Shown here: positions 1 to 9,112 of the stretch, piece by piece
How the letters are laid out: each line of letters opens with the position of its first letter
Position numbering within the stretch: position 1 is the stretch's first letter
Source: Minisyncoccota bacterium
Lineage (GTDB): Bacteria > Patescibacteriota > Minisyncoccia > 2-02-FULL-40-12 > GWA2-44-9
NCBI GenBank assembly: GCA_040899895.1
Contig: JBBDZW010000023.1
Coordinates: forward strand, 1 to 33,774
DNA: 33,774 bases
Direction of reading: 5' to 3'
Program-made: the position numbers and the translations under genes
The notes under the pieces: generated by a model
Seen by the model: the letters and a program-made list of their open reading frames with translations, nothing else
Told to the model about the DNA's origin: nothing
Database searches by the model: none

Positions 1-49
1 CGTTCGTTGACATTTTTTCGTCCCGCTTAGTGGGACGGGGAGGACAGAA

Positions 50-802
50 ATGAGAAGCAAGTTCGTCTTCTTTTTCGTTCTCGTCGCCGTTTTTGCGGCG
101 ACGGGATGCGCGACCGGGGGATACCTCGGTCCTCGACCCTACGGGGGGCCACTTGGTGAAGTCGTGGCGGGCAACCTCGCGTTGACCTGCCCCGGCGACG
201 TGTTCGTCGGATCCCCGATCAACAGTTGCCTCCGGCAGCTGGCCAACATCGGTCCGCATTTCGCGGGTTTCCCGATGTACGCAGGCGGCCGTGGTGGTCG
301 CCAGCTCTCACGCACCGAGAAGGTTGCTATCGTCGGCGGCATCGGCGCCGCTGTCGGTGGAGCCGTCGGTGGATGGAAAGGCGCCGCCATCGGAGGCGTA
401 GCCGGAGCGGTTATCACGACAGTGATGACCCGCGGTGGTGGACAACAGCCACAGCAACAGCCGACGACTTCGCAGTCGCCAGTCGTTCAACCCCAGGCCC
501 AGTCGGGTTTGTGGGGGCCAGGCGCGCCGTTCAGCGGCCGTCCGAACTGCATGCAGGTTCTTGGCAGGGAAGTGACCCTTCAGAATCTGACGGCTGACCC
601 CCTCAAGATTTTCTTGGAGGGACAGTACCAGAATCCGGTTGCTGTTATCCAGCCGAGGGAATCGGCATGTGCCGACCCCAATCTGCGCTACGAGGCGCAA
701 GTGCTCCAGACGGCGGTTTCGGCCAACGGCTGGGTCGGTGGAACTCAACATCAGCCTCGGAAGCCCGAGGCGAGGCCAGGACTCATCCTGGTTTGGAGGT
801 AG
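50..802 (+). CDS. Putative lipoprotein with a glycine-zipper segment
   Basis: N-terminal signal MRSKFVFFFVLVAVFAATGC has a lipobox-like ATG|C. The Gly/Ala-rich AIVGGIGAAVGGAVGGWKGAAIGGVAGAV resembles glycine-zipper (17-kDa surface antigen-like) domains. A GGGGAGG RBS lies upstream of the ATG. The ORF sits in a ~65% GC block. Confidence 0.55.
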   Translation: MRSKFVFFFVLVAVFAATGCATGGYLGPRPYGGPLGEVVAGNLALTCPGDVFVGSPINSCLRQLANIGPHFAGFPMYAGGRGGRQLSRTEKVAIVGGIGAAVGGAVGGWKGAAIGGVAGAVITTVMTRGGGQQPQQQPTTSQSPVVQPQAQSGLWGPGAPFSGRPNCMQVLGREVTLQNLTADPLKIFLEGQYQNPVAVIQPRESACADPNLRYEAQVLQTAVSANGWVGGTQHQPRKPEARPGLILVWR

Positions 803-804
803 TG

Positions 805-1284
805 ATGGCAACAAGGGCAGAGACGGAAGCCCGGATTGTTCAACTCCAGGCGGAGTTGAACAATCCGCAGGCCGGGTTGACCGGCGCGGCGCTGGCGGCA
901 AGAAACGGCCGTCTTCAGCGAGAAATCACTGAAGCTCGCGCCGAATTGAATCGGCCGGCGACAGCGCCGGTCGCTACCATCGGCGGAACCACTCCGATTA
1001 CGCCGACGACACCTCCTCCGTGTCCGTCGCCGCAACCTTCATCGGGAATCGGTTGGGGGTGGTTCGTCGTCGTACTGGCGATTCTCATGCTCATCGTGAG
1101 TATGATATCGCTTGGCCGGAAAGAATCGACGGTGCAATACGCGCCACCGACGCCGGTGGTCAAAACACCACCACCGACAACTCGTCAACCCGAACAACAG
1201 TTCCGGTCATTCCGGGACTGCATGTTCGCCTACGGCGAGCGCAGAGAGCTCGCCGACGGGAGGTGCGACCACCTCTCGCGATAG
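805..1284 (+). CDS. Hypothetical single-pass membrane protein (coiled-coil N-terminus, Pro-rich linker, one TM)
   Basis: The ATG at 805 lies 2 nt after the upstream TAG stop. MATRAETEARIVQLQAELNN is a coiled-coil-like heptad sequence. The TM segment is GWGWFVVVLAILMLIVSMISLG. GC-rich codon usage matches the upstream ORF. Confidence 0.5.
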   Translation: MATRAETEARIVQLQAELNNPQAGLTGAALAARNGRLQREITEARAELNRPATAPVATIGGTTPITPTTPPPCPSPQPSSGIGWGWFVVVLAILMLIVSMISLGRKESTVQYAPPTPVVKTPPPTTRQPEQQFRSFRDCMFAYGERRELADGRCDHLSR

Positions 1285-1310
1285 TTCCCATCAGGGCCAG
1301 TCTTGGCCCG

Positions 1311-1336
1311 AACCGCGGTTCCCACCGCGGTTTTTT
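1311..1336 (+). terminator. Rho-independent terminator
   Basis: AACCGCGGT (1311-1319) pairs with ACCGCGGTT (1324-1332) across loop TCCC, followed by a T-run at 1333-1336. It lies 27 nt after the stop at 1284. Confidence 0.6.
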
Positions 1337-1338
1337 GT

Positions 1339-1371
1339 CCCCCATAACGACACTCGATGTCGTTATGGGGG
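1339..1371. repeat. Perfect 14-bp inverted repeat (hairpin/palindrome) at the GC-content boundary
   Basis: CCCCCATAACGACA (1339-1352) and TGTCGTTATGGGGG (1358-1371) flank loop CTCGA. A second palindrome, TAACGACCT/AGGTCGTTA, lies at 1393-1414. Confidence 0.6.
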
Positions 1372-1448
1372 ATTTGTTGATAACCTGTGGACTAACGACC
1401 TTCAAGGTCGTTAATTGAATAAAAAGCGGAAAATGGTTAAAATGGGCC

Positions 1449-1925
1449 ATGATTGTTTATTCTAATAGTCCACAAGAAACTCAAAAACTGGCCATAAAAA
1501 TGGCCAAAGAAACGAAATTTGGAATTATCGCTTTAGAGGGGGAACTCGGTGCTGGAAAAACGACTTTCGTCCAGGCATTCGTTAAGGCGCTGGGCATCAA
1601 GGCAAGGATAAAAAGTCCAACATTTACTTTGATAAAGAAATATAATATTTCTTTATCAAAGAAATCCGAAATCCTAAACTCTAAACTCGAAACAAACTCA
1701 AAACCCAAAACTCAAAATCCCCAATTTATAATACATATAGATTGTTACCGTGTTCGGGACCACCGTGATTTAATCCCGCTTGGGATAAAGGAAATTTTTG
1801 CCGATCAGCGAAACATCGTTTTGATAGAATGGGCGGAGAGGATAAAAAAGATATTGCCCAAGAAGCTCACGCGGGTACACATAGACCACATAGACCAAAA
1901 TAAGAGGAAAATAACGATATTTTAA
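1449..1925 (+). CDS. tsaE: tRNA threonylcarbamoyladenosine (t6A) biosynthesis ATPase TsaE
   Basis: Walker A GELGAGKTTF, SPTFTL motif, HIDCYR and LIEWAE motifs are typical of the TsaE/YjeE family. It carries a low-complexity insertion at aa 66-93. Confidence 0.85.
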   Translation: MIVYSNSPQETQKLAIKMAKETKFGIIALEGELGAGKTTFVQAFVKALGIKARIKSPTFTLIKKYNISLSKKSEILNSKLETNSKPKTQNPQFIIHIDCYRVRDHRDLIPLGIKEIFADQRNIVLIEWAERIKKILPKKLTRVHIDHIDQNKRKITIF

Positions 1926-2007
1926 TTTTCCACTTATCATTTTCAGAAATGTTTCAATGGAAAAATGGTAAATTATTGGCAAATGATAAATGTTAACTGG
2001 TAAATTT

Positions 2008-4692
2008 ATGAAAAAGCTTGTTTTAATAGACGGCCATGCGTTGGTGCACAGGGCTTTTCACGCCTTGCCCCCGTCAATGAGCTCTCCCAAGGGCATTCCA
2101 ACTAATGCCGTTTATGGTTTTGTCTCGGTTCTAATTAAAATAATAAAAGATTTAAAGCCGGAATATATAGTGGCCACTTTTGACTTGGCCGGTCCAACCT
2201 TTCGCCACGAAGAGTTCGCCGAATACAAGGCTCATAGGGAAAAAGCCCCCGATGATTTGCATGTTCAGGTTCCACTAGTAAAAGAAATTTTAGTCGCCTT
2301 CGGAATTCCAATATATGAAAAAGCGGGTTTTGAGGCCGATGACCTTATCGGTTCTATTGCCGAGCTCACCAAAAAGCACAAAAGTATTCAAACAATAATT
2401 GCTACCGGTGACTTAGACACCCTTCAGCTTGTTGATGGCGATAAAGTGGTTGTTTTGACTTTAAAAAAAGGCGTGACCGATACGATTTTATATACCCAAA
2501 AAGAAGTGGAGGAAAGATATGGGTTACCGCCGGAACAGATGATTGATTTTAAGGGATTAAAGGGCGACCCTTCCGACAATATTCCCGGTGTTCCCGGAGT
2601 GGGGGAGAAGACTGCATCGGCTCTCATACAAAAATTCAAGAGTATTGAACTTTTGTATGAGGCAATTACCAAAAAAGGGAAGACAAAAATTCAACCGCCG
2701 CTTTCCGAAAAACTCATCCAAAAATTACTTGAGAACAAAGATATGGCCTTTTTCTCCAAAAAATTGGCCACAATAATCCGCGATGTTCCCATAGAGTTTG
2801 ATGTTAAAAATGCCGATTGGAAGAAGAATATGAACAAAGAGGAGCTTGGAAAAATACTTCAGGGTTTGGGTATTTACAGTTTAATTAAAAGAATAAATGA
2901 ATTAGATGGTTCTGTGGTCGGTGTTGTTACCGATGCTGAACCGCAAAAAACTTTGTTTGATAAAGATGAAATCGTCGTTAAATCTACAGAAGAAAAAACT
3001 GAGATAAAAAAAATAATCAATGACATATTAGAAAAAGGGGAGTTCGCTTTTGATGTTGCAATGAACCCCGATTCCAAGATTCCGAGCCATTTAGTCTTTG
3101 CTTTGGAAGGTAAAGAAACCCAAGCTATTCCCTGGGTTTTACTGGAAAGCGAAAAAGAAACTTTCAAAGCCATAAAGTCTATTTTTGAAGACGAAAAAAT
3201 AAAAAAAACAGGACACGACCTAAAAGAGTTATCAAAATTTCTTCTGTCAAAAGATATACGAATATCGGGTCTTGATTTTGACACCAAATTGGCCGCTTAT
3301 CTCATAAATCCTGATTTAAAAGATTATGCCCTGGACCACATTTATTTTACAGAATTTGGCCAAAACATAGACCCGAACCCGCTTAAGAAGTCAATTTACT
3401 TAAATGAGCTAAAAAAAGCTCAATGGGAGAAAATGAAATCCCTCGGTCTTTTAGATGTGTTTGAAAAAATAGAAATTCCTCTGGCGCCGGTACTGGCAGA
3501 GATGGAAACTAAGGGCCTCAAAGTTGATTTGAAGGCCATTTCCGATCTTTCCAAAAAATTAAATGAACAGATAGGAGACCTTGAAAGAAAAATATATAAA
3601 TTATCAAAAAAAGAATTTAACATTAATTCACCCCAGCAATTGTCGGCCATACTTTTTGAACTTCCGCCCAAAGGATTGGGAATAAAAGGCAAGGTAAGAA
3701 AAACAAGCAAGGGCGCCACATCAACGGCGGCTTCGGAGTTGGAGAAGCTTGTGGACGAACATCCGATTATTGATTTAATTCTTAAATACAGAGAACTTCA
3801 GAAGCTTAAAACCACTTATATTGAACCGTTTCCGAGTTTGGTTGGTAAGGACGGCCGTTTAAGAACAACGTTGAATCAAACCGGTACGGCTACGGGCCGT
3901 TTGGCGAGCCAGAATCCCAATCTTCAAAATATTCCGGCTCGTAGTGAGCTTGGCCAGGAATTCAGAAGAGCTTTTGTTGCCGCAAACGGAAAAGTTCTTC
4001 TTTCTCTTGATTATTCTCAGCTTGAATTGCGTATTGTGGCCCATTTAGCACAAGATAAAAAAATGTTGGACATTTTTAGAAGAGGAGAAGACATTCACAA
4101 CAGAACTGCCGCAGAAATATTTAGGGTTAATCCGGCGGATGTAACGCCAAATATGAGGAGAGATGCCAAAGCTCTCAACTTCGGAATTATTTACGGGATG
4201 GGAGTTAAAGGTTTCCAAAGGGCGGTTGGTAAATCCAGAGAAGAGGCTCGGGAGTTTATAGACAGATATTTGGAGGAGTTTTCAGGCGTTGCAGAATACA
4301 TTAAAAAAGCAAAACTAAAAGCCCGCCGAGACGGCTATGTGGCCACAATGATGGGCAGACGAAGACCATTGCCGGAAATAAAGTCCGGGATACCAATGCT
4401 CGTGGCTCAAGCGGAGAGAATTGCAATTAATATGCCTATTCAAGGAGCCGCCGCGGATATTATAAAAATTGCGATGATTGAAACAGTGGATCTTCTAAAT
4501 AATGAATATGAAGGAAGGGCGGATATGTTGCTTCAGGTTCATGACGAACTGCTGTTTGAGGTGGATGAAAAATATGTAAGAGAATTGGCAGTTAAAATTA
4601 AAAAAATAATGGAAAGCTCTCTTAAATTAGACGCCCCTTTGGTCGTGGAAGCCAAAATGGGTAATAATTGGGAGGAAATGGACAGGATATAG
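2008..4692 (+). CDS. polA: DNA polymerase I
   Basis: N-terminal 5'-3' exonuclease domain (LIDGHALVHRAF, GDPSDNIPGVPGVGEKTA). Pol motifs A (DYSQLELRIVAHL), B (RRDAKALNFGIIYG) and C (QVHDEL). The start is chosen at MKKLVLIDG; the ORF opens at 1990. Confidence 0.95.
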   Translation: MKKLVLIDGHALVHRAFHALPPSMSSPKGIPTNAVYGFVSVLIKIIKDLKPEYIVATFDLAGPTFRHEEFAEYKAHREKAPDDLHVQVPLVKEILVAFGIPIYEKAGFEADDLIGSIAELTKKHKSIQTIIATGDLDTLQLVDGDKVVVLTLKKGVTDTILYTQKEVEERYGLPPEQMIDFKGLKGDPSDNIPGVPGVGEKTASALIQKFKSIELLYEAITKKGKTKIQPPLSEKLIQKLLENKDMAFFSKKLATIIRDVPIEFDVKNADWKKNMNKEELGKILQGLGIYSLIKRINELDGSVVGVVTDAEPQKTLFDKDEIVVKSTEEKTEIKKIINDILEKGEFAFDVAMNPDSKIPSHLVFALEGKETQAIPWVLLESEKETFKAIKSIFEDEKIKKTGHDLKELSKFLLSKDIRISGLDFDTKLAAYLINPDLKDYALDHIYFTEFGQNIDPNPLKKSIYLNELKKAQWEKMKSLGLLDVFEKIEIPLAPVLAEMETKGLKVDLKAISDLSKKLNEQIGDLERKIYKLSKKEFNINSPQQLSAILFELPPKGLGIKGKVRKTSKGATSTAASELEKLVDEHPIIDLILKYRELQKLKTTYIEPFPSLVGKDGRLRTTLNQTGTATGRLASQNPNLQNIPARSELGQEFRRAFVAANGKVLLSLDYSQLELRIVAHLAQDKKMLDIFRRGEDIHNRTAAEIFRVNPADVTPNMRRDAKALNFGIIYGMGVKGFQRAVGKSREEAREFIDRYLEEFSGVAEYIKKAKLKARRDGYVATMMGRRRPLPEIKSGIPMLVAQAERIAINMPIQGAAADIIKIAMIETVDLLNNEYEGRADMLLQVHDELLFEVDEKYVRELAVKIKKIMESSLKLDAPLVVEAKMGNNWEEMDRI

Positions 4693-4709
4693 AGTAGATA
4701 ATTAATCCA

Positions 4710-5600
4710 ATGCCCGAATTACCAGAAGTTGAAACAATCGTGAGGGAGTTGAGAAAAAAAATAACAGGTTTAAAAATAACCGATGTTTGGGTTGATTGGC
4801 CCAAAACAGTCAAACAAGCCGGTGGTATCAAAAGTTTTAAAAGGCAGGTTAAGGGCAAAAAAATATTAAGTGTCAGGCGCCGGGCAAAATATATCATTAT
4901 GGATATAGAGGGGAAAAAGACTCTTTTTATTCACCAAAAGCTGTCGGGCCACCTGCTTTATGGAAAGTGGCAGTTCTTGAATGGTGTTTGGGAAAGCATA
5001 ATTCCGGGGCCGATGAAAAATGACAGACAAAACGGCTATATTCGGTTTATATTATTGCTGAACAACGGCTATCAGCTTGGACTTTCGGATTTGAGGCGTT
5101 TTGGAAAAGTCATTCTGGTGGACGATGATAAGGTTAAAGATCTTAAAGAAATAAGCGGCTTGGGCCCGGAACCTTTGGAGATAAATTTCAGCCAATTTAA
5201 AAAATTATTTGAATCCGACGGCCGGCGGAAAAAAGGCCGTTTGAAGCAGGTGCTGATGGATCCAAAATTTATTGCGGGGATTGGAAATATTTATGCGGAT
5301 GAAATATTGTGGGCCTCCGGACTTCATCCGTTTTCCCGCGTAGAAAATCTAAACACCAAAGACCTAAATAAAATTTATACTTTTATGGTTAAAATACTTA
5401 AAAAAGCCATAGAATATAAGGGCTCAAGTATGGATGATTATCGCATTCCGTCAGGAGAAAAAGGAAGATTTCAAGAAATTCATAATGCTTATCAAATGAC
5501 AAGAAAAAAGTGTAAAAAGAGGGACGGAGGAGTTATGCAACGGCTAAAGCTTAGTGGCCGTTCGGCTCACTTTTGCTCAAAGCACCAAATACTGAAGTAA
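4710..5600 (+). CDS. mutM: Formamidopyrimidine-DNA glycosylase
   Basis: The N-terminal MPELPEVE catalytic motif and the H2TH region (GIGNIYADEILW) are present. The C-terminal zinc-finger ligands are only partly conserved. Confidence 0.9.
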   Translation: MPELPEVETIVRELRKKITGLKITDVWVDWPKTVKQAGGIKSFKRQVKGKKILSVRRRAKYIIMDIEGKKTLFIHQKLSGHLLYGKWQFLNGVWESIIPGPMKNDRQNGYIRFILLLNNGYQLGLSDLRRFGKVILVDDDKVKDLKEISGLGPEPLEINFSQFKKLFESDGRRKKGRLKQVLMDPKFIAGIGNIYADEILWASGLHPFSRVENLNTKDLNKIYTFMVKILKKAIEYKGSSMDDYRIPSGEKGRFQEIHNAYQMTRKKCKKRDGGVMQRLKLSGRSAHFCSKHQILK

Positions 5601-5685
5601 AATCCAAATGACAAAATCCAAAATTTGGTTGTTTGAGCTTTAGATTTGATTTGACATTTGAGCTTTGAAATTTGTCATTTATAGT

Positions 5686-6690
5686 ATGAAATTCAATCTG
5701 AACAAAATATTAATATTAATTGGCTCAATAGCACTTATATTTGTGGTATCGTTCTTCGTTTGGTGGAACAATGAAATAATCATAACTAAGGACGGAATAA
5801 AAGTTGATTCAAGGGGTGCGGGATTAAAAAGCTCAATAAGCGGAATTGAGTGTGAAAACGCTAGTCGTCGACCGGTGGCGGTGATATTGGCCGGGGATCC
5901 TGAAACCATGCCACTATCAGGTATCGGTCAGGCCGATTTGGTTTTTGAGATGCCTGTCACACCCAACATCACGCGCCTAATGGCTGTTTTTCAATGCGAA
6001 GAGCCGGGAGAAATAGGTTCAATCCGGTCGGCGCGGGAAGATTTTATTCCTTTGGCCGCCGGACTGGGCTCCATATTTGCTCATTGGGGAGGGGAAAAGG
6101 ATGCTCTGGCCAGACTTGATAGCGGAGTTATAGATAACATTGATGCATTAAAATACGAGGGTACGGTATTTTACAGAAAAAATTCTCTGCCCCGACCCCA
6201 TAATGGTTTTACTACAATTGACCTTTTGCTAAACAAGGCCAACTCTTTGGATTATGAAATTGCCGATACTTTTTCCGGGTATCCTCACAGCGATAATAAC
6301 GCCAAAAGAAATCTTTCAAATTTGGTATCCACTATAAATATAAATTATCCTGGCCAATACAAAGTTCAGTGGCAATATGATGAATCGACTAATCTGTACT
6401 CACGTTTCCGGGGTAATCTTAAAGAAAAAGACAGAAACTCGAGTAAGCCTATTGTGGCGGGAGTGGTTATTGTAATGAAAACTTCCTCGCGAATTTTAAA
6501 CAAGGATTACATAAGTGTTAGTGTGGCAGGGGAGGGAGATGTTCTTGTTTATCAAAATGGCTCAACAATAACCGGAAAATGGAAAAAAGATCCGGCTAGG
6601 CTTGATTCAAAACTGTATTTTTATGATAACAACGGTCAAGAAATCAAGTTTTTACCGGGAAAGATTTGGATTGAAATAATTACCAATTAA
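5686..6690 (+). CDS. DUF3048 domain-containing membrane-anchored protein
   Basis: N-terminal TM ILILIGSIALIFVVSFFVWW. PVAVILAGDPETMPLSGIGQADLVFEMPV...TRLMAVF resembles the DUF3048/YerB family. The ATG at 5686 is preferred over the TTG at 5665. Confidence 0.7.
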   Translation: MKFNLNKILILIGSIALIFVVSFFVWWNNEIIITKDGIKVDSRGAGLKSSISGIECENASRRPVAVILAGDPETMPLSGIGQADLVFEMPVTPNITRLMAVFQCEEPGEIGSIRSAREDFIPLAAGLGSIFAHWGGEKDALARLDSGVIDNIDALKYEGTVFYRKNSLPRPHNGFTTIDLLLNKANSLDYEIADTFSGYPHSDNNAKRNLSNLVSTININYPGQYKVQWQYDESTNLYSRFRGNLKEKDRNSSKPIVAGVVIVMKTSSRILNKDYISVSVAGEGDVLVYQNGSTITGKWKKDPARLDSKLYFYDNNGQEIKFLPGKIWIEIITN

Positions 6691-6691
6691 C

Positions 6692-7570
6692 ATGACAATT
6701 TTTATTTATGGGCCGGATACCTACAGATTGCGACAGGGACTGGAACAGGTCGTGGCCGCGTATAAGAAAAAATATTTCAGTGGTCTGAACTTTTTCTCTT
6801 TTGATTTATCCAACGATGAGCAACTGATTCAATTTGAAGATTCACTGAAAACAACATCGTTTTTTGAGGAGGCCAAACTTATTGTCGTCAGAAACTCCTT
6901 TGCTTCAAAAGAAATATCAGAGCGTTTGAATGATTTTTTGAAGGATCAAGCAATAGACAAAACCAAAGATATAATTGTTGCAGTAATAGAACCTCTGCCG
7001 CAAAAGGAGCTGGAAAAAATAAATATCGGATTATTCAAACATCTTTTGTCAACATCAAAAACAGTCAGGGATTTTGACTATCTCAAGGGGGCCAAATTGC
7101 TGAATTGGATAAAAACCGAATTTGTTTCCAGAAATATTTCCATAGATACGGCATCGGCCGAATTCTTGGCCGGACTTACCGGAAGCGAAAGCTGGCGATT
7201 GGCGAATGAAATACAGAAATTAGCCAATTATAAACAGAACGGAGTTATTACCACGGAAGATATCGTCGCTCTGGTTTCAGGTAAAGAGGAATTAAATATT
7301 TTTCATCTCGTGGACGCGGTCGTTTCCCGGAACCGGACAAAAGCTTACGAGCTTCTTTACCGTGAAATTAAGAACGGAAGAGACCCTTATTATTTGTTGG
7401 CGATGATTACCTACAGCTTCAGAAAAATGCTCATGGCTGATAAATCAAAATATTCCCCGGAAGAACTCAAGAATTCTTTCGGCAAACTGCTTGAAATAGA
7501 CACTTTCTCCAAAAACGGAGCCACAAATTTGGTGGATTCTCTCTTTGAATTTGTGTTAGTCGGTAATTAA
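6692..7570 (+). CDS. holA: DNA polymerase III delta subunit
   Basis: The 292-aa length, the N-terminal IFIYGPDTYRL and the helical C-terminal domain fit HolA. The start lies 1 nt after the preceding stop. Confidence 0.7.
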   Translation: MTIFIYGPDTYRLRQGLEQVVAAYKKKYFSGLNFFSFDLSNDEQLIQFEDSLKTTSFFEEAKLIVVRNSFASKEISERLNDFLKDQAIDKTKDIIVAVIEPLPQKELEKINIGLFKHLLSTSKTVRDFDYLKGAKLLNWIKTEFVSRNISIDTASAEFLAGLTGSESWRLANEIQKLANYKQNGVITTEDIVALVSGKEELNIFHLVDAVVSRNRTKAYELLYREIKNGRDPYYLLAMITYSFRKMLMADKSKYSPEELKNSFGKLLEIDTFSKNGATNLVDSLFEFVLVGN

Positions 7571-7571
7571 A

Positions 7572-7593
7572 AAGCGCCCCCTTTCGGGCGCTT
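7572..7593. terminator. Bidirectional terminator hairpin between convergent holA and spoVR
   Basis: AAGCGCCC (7572-7579) pairs with GGGCGCTT (7586-7593) across loop CCTTTC. It is flanked by A-rich sequence on the left and T-rich sequence on the right. Confidence 0.6.
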
Positions 7594-7597
7594 GACG

Positions 7598-9112
7598 TTA
7601 TTTCTCCGTCTTTATTTTTACTTGTTTACCTTCCATCTCACAAGCGACAAGGGTGTCTTTTCTATCTACCATTGTTTCAAGCAAAACCTTTCTTCCCCAG
7701 AGTTGGAAAATATTGGCAAGAGTGGCGTTGCGATAGGTTGGATCCAAATCAGACCCCGTGAATATGTGCTTCAGATACAGATGGCCATTTTGATTATGAT
7801 TTCCATTTTCAACCTTGACTATCGGTATGCCGTATGTTGACATTAGCGCTTTTAATTCTTTCCTGATTTCTTCTGGGTCGTCTTCTCCGATTACATAGAT
7901 AATTTCGTTGCCGTCGGGTACGCCGACCCAGATGTATAACTTTTGTTCACGGATAAAGTCGTCGGTAAAGAACTCTTCCACGGCCATCCGGTCGGAGTAG
8001 AAACTTCTTATTTCAAATATTTTTTGCCTGCCTAATCCGACGTTTGTGTCCCAGGAAAGACGCTTTGCGTGATTGCGTTCCTGGTCATATTCTCTGCCGA
8101 ATCTGCCTTTATTCCATCTCTCTTCCACGTCTTCCAGCAAAACAAGGCCGATGCGGTACCAGTTGAACTGTCTCTTGTTTTCGTGTGTGACTCCGGAGTG
8201 GAAGTCGTTAAATACCCCATGCTCTTTTTCGGTAAGCATCTTTTCTTCAAAAAGCCGTCTCATTATTCTTACGTGCCAGTATGTGGCCCAGCCCTCATCA
8301 AGCATCTTGGTTCTACGGTTAGGGCTTAATGCCCTGGATTGATTTCGGATCACTGTCAGAACGTCAACCATCCACGGCTTTAGGGGTTTTGGCGATTTTT
8401 TTGTGATGTAGTTAAGAATATCGTATGTTGGTTCAGGGGGGGTCTTTGACGCAAGCCATTCAAGTCGGCGTTCGGCTTTCTCTATTTCTTTTTGTGTTTC
8501 TTTCTTTTTGAATTCCGACTTTAAATCCCTGAATCTCTCCAATTTGGCTCTCTCCAAAGCCAGGAGCTGTTCGCGAACCGTTTCCTCATCCTGTTCCTCG
8601 AAAAATGGGTCGGGATGTTGGTGCCATCTTATTGACATTCCTGCGTCTATAATCCTTTCAACCGCTTTTTCCCCGTATTTCTCTTCGTATTTGGCAAATC
8701 GAGCTGCTGCGTTCCTGGCTTCTTCAGCGACATACGACATTGAACGGCCATGTTGGAGATATCGGCTTCCCAGAAAGAAATCCACGTGGCCGTAGACATG
8801 AGCAATAACCATTGCGTTCAAGGCAAGCGGGTTTGTCTCTACAAGGAATGCACGAGGGACATCAAAATTCCAAACCTGCTCATAGGGAATGCCGCGGCCG
8901 GTATTTTCATAGATAGTCCTGTATTTTTCGTAGTCTCGGCCGAAAGACCAATGAGAAAAGTTGGTCGGAAATTCATAAGCCATTCCTTCAAGAACTCGCT
9001 GGGCCGTCACTACTTCAAAAATGGTCTCGGTTGTAAGGAGTCCCCATTCAATCGCTATTTCGCGGACCCTATTTTCTATCTCGTCAAGCCGTCGGAGTTC
9101 TTGTTTTGTCAT
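7598..9112 (-). CDS. spoVR: SpoVR family protein (YcgB-like)
   Basis: FSHWSFGRDYEKYRTIYE, HVYGHVDFF and DEGWATYWH motifs are typical of SpoVR/YcgB. The ATG at 9112 overlaps the upstream TGA as ATGA, indicating translational coupling. Confidence 0.9.
   Translation of the reverse strand: MTKQELRRLDEIENRVREIAIEWGLLTTETIFEVVTAQRVLEGMAYEFPTNFSHWSFGRDYEKYRTIYENTGRGIPYEQVWNFDVPRAFLVETNPLALNAMVIAHVYGHVDFFLGSRYLQHGRSMSYVAEEARNAAARFAKYEEKYGEKAVERIIDAGMSIRWHQHPDPFFEEQDEETVREQLLALERAKLERFRDLKSEFKKKETQKEIEKAERRLEWLASKTPPEPTYDILNYITKKSPKPLKPWMVDVLTVIRNQSRALSPNRRTKMLDEGWATYWHVRIMRRLFEEKMLTEKEHGVFNDFHSGVTHENKRQFNWYRIGLVLLEDVEERWNKGRFGREYDQERNHAKRLSWDTNVGLGRQKIFEIRSFYSDRMAVEEFFTDDFIREQKLYIWVGVPDGNEIIYVIGEDDPEEIRKELKALMSTYGIPIVKVENGNHNQNGHLYLKHIFTGSDLDPTYRNATLANIFQLWGRKVLLETMVDRKDTLVACEMEGKQVKIKTEK

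Noticed and set aside
308-1450. Multiple overlapping ORFs in all frames of the GC-rich block (139-417, 226-597, 308-901, 639-932, 751-1035, 915-1163, 1020-1418, 1112-1414, 1160-1450).
   Set aside because: High GC content suppresses stop codons, which produces long shadow ORFs. Their translations are Arg/Pro/Gly-rich low-complexity sequence without start context. Only 50-802 and 805-1284 have an RBS, signal or TM features, and tandem coupling.
5601-5685. AT-rich repeat tract after fpg (TTTGAGCTTT twice; AAATGACAAA/TTTGTCATTT inverted repeat), considered as a possible mini-CRISPR or mobile element end.
   Set aside because: There are only two short direct repeats with irregular spacing, and no cas genes or transposase. 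It is most simply an AT-rich terminator/promoter region between fpg and the DUF3048 gene.
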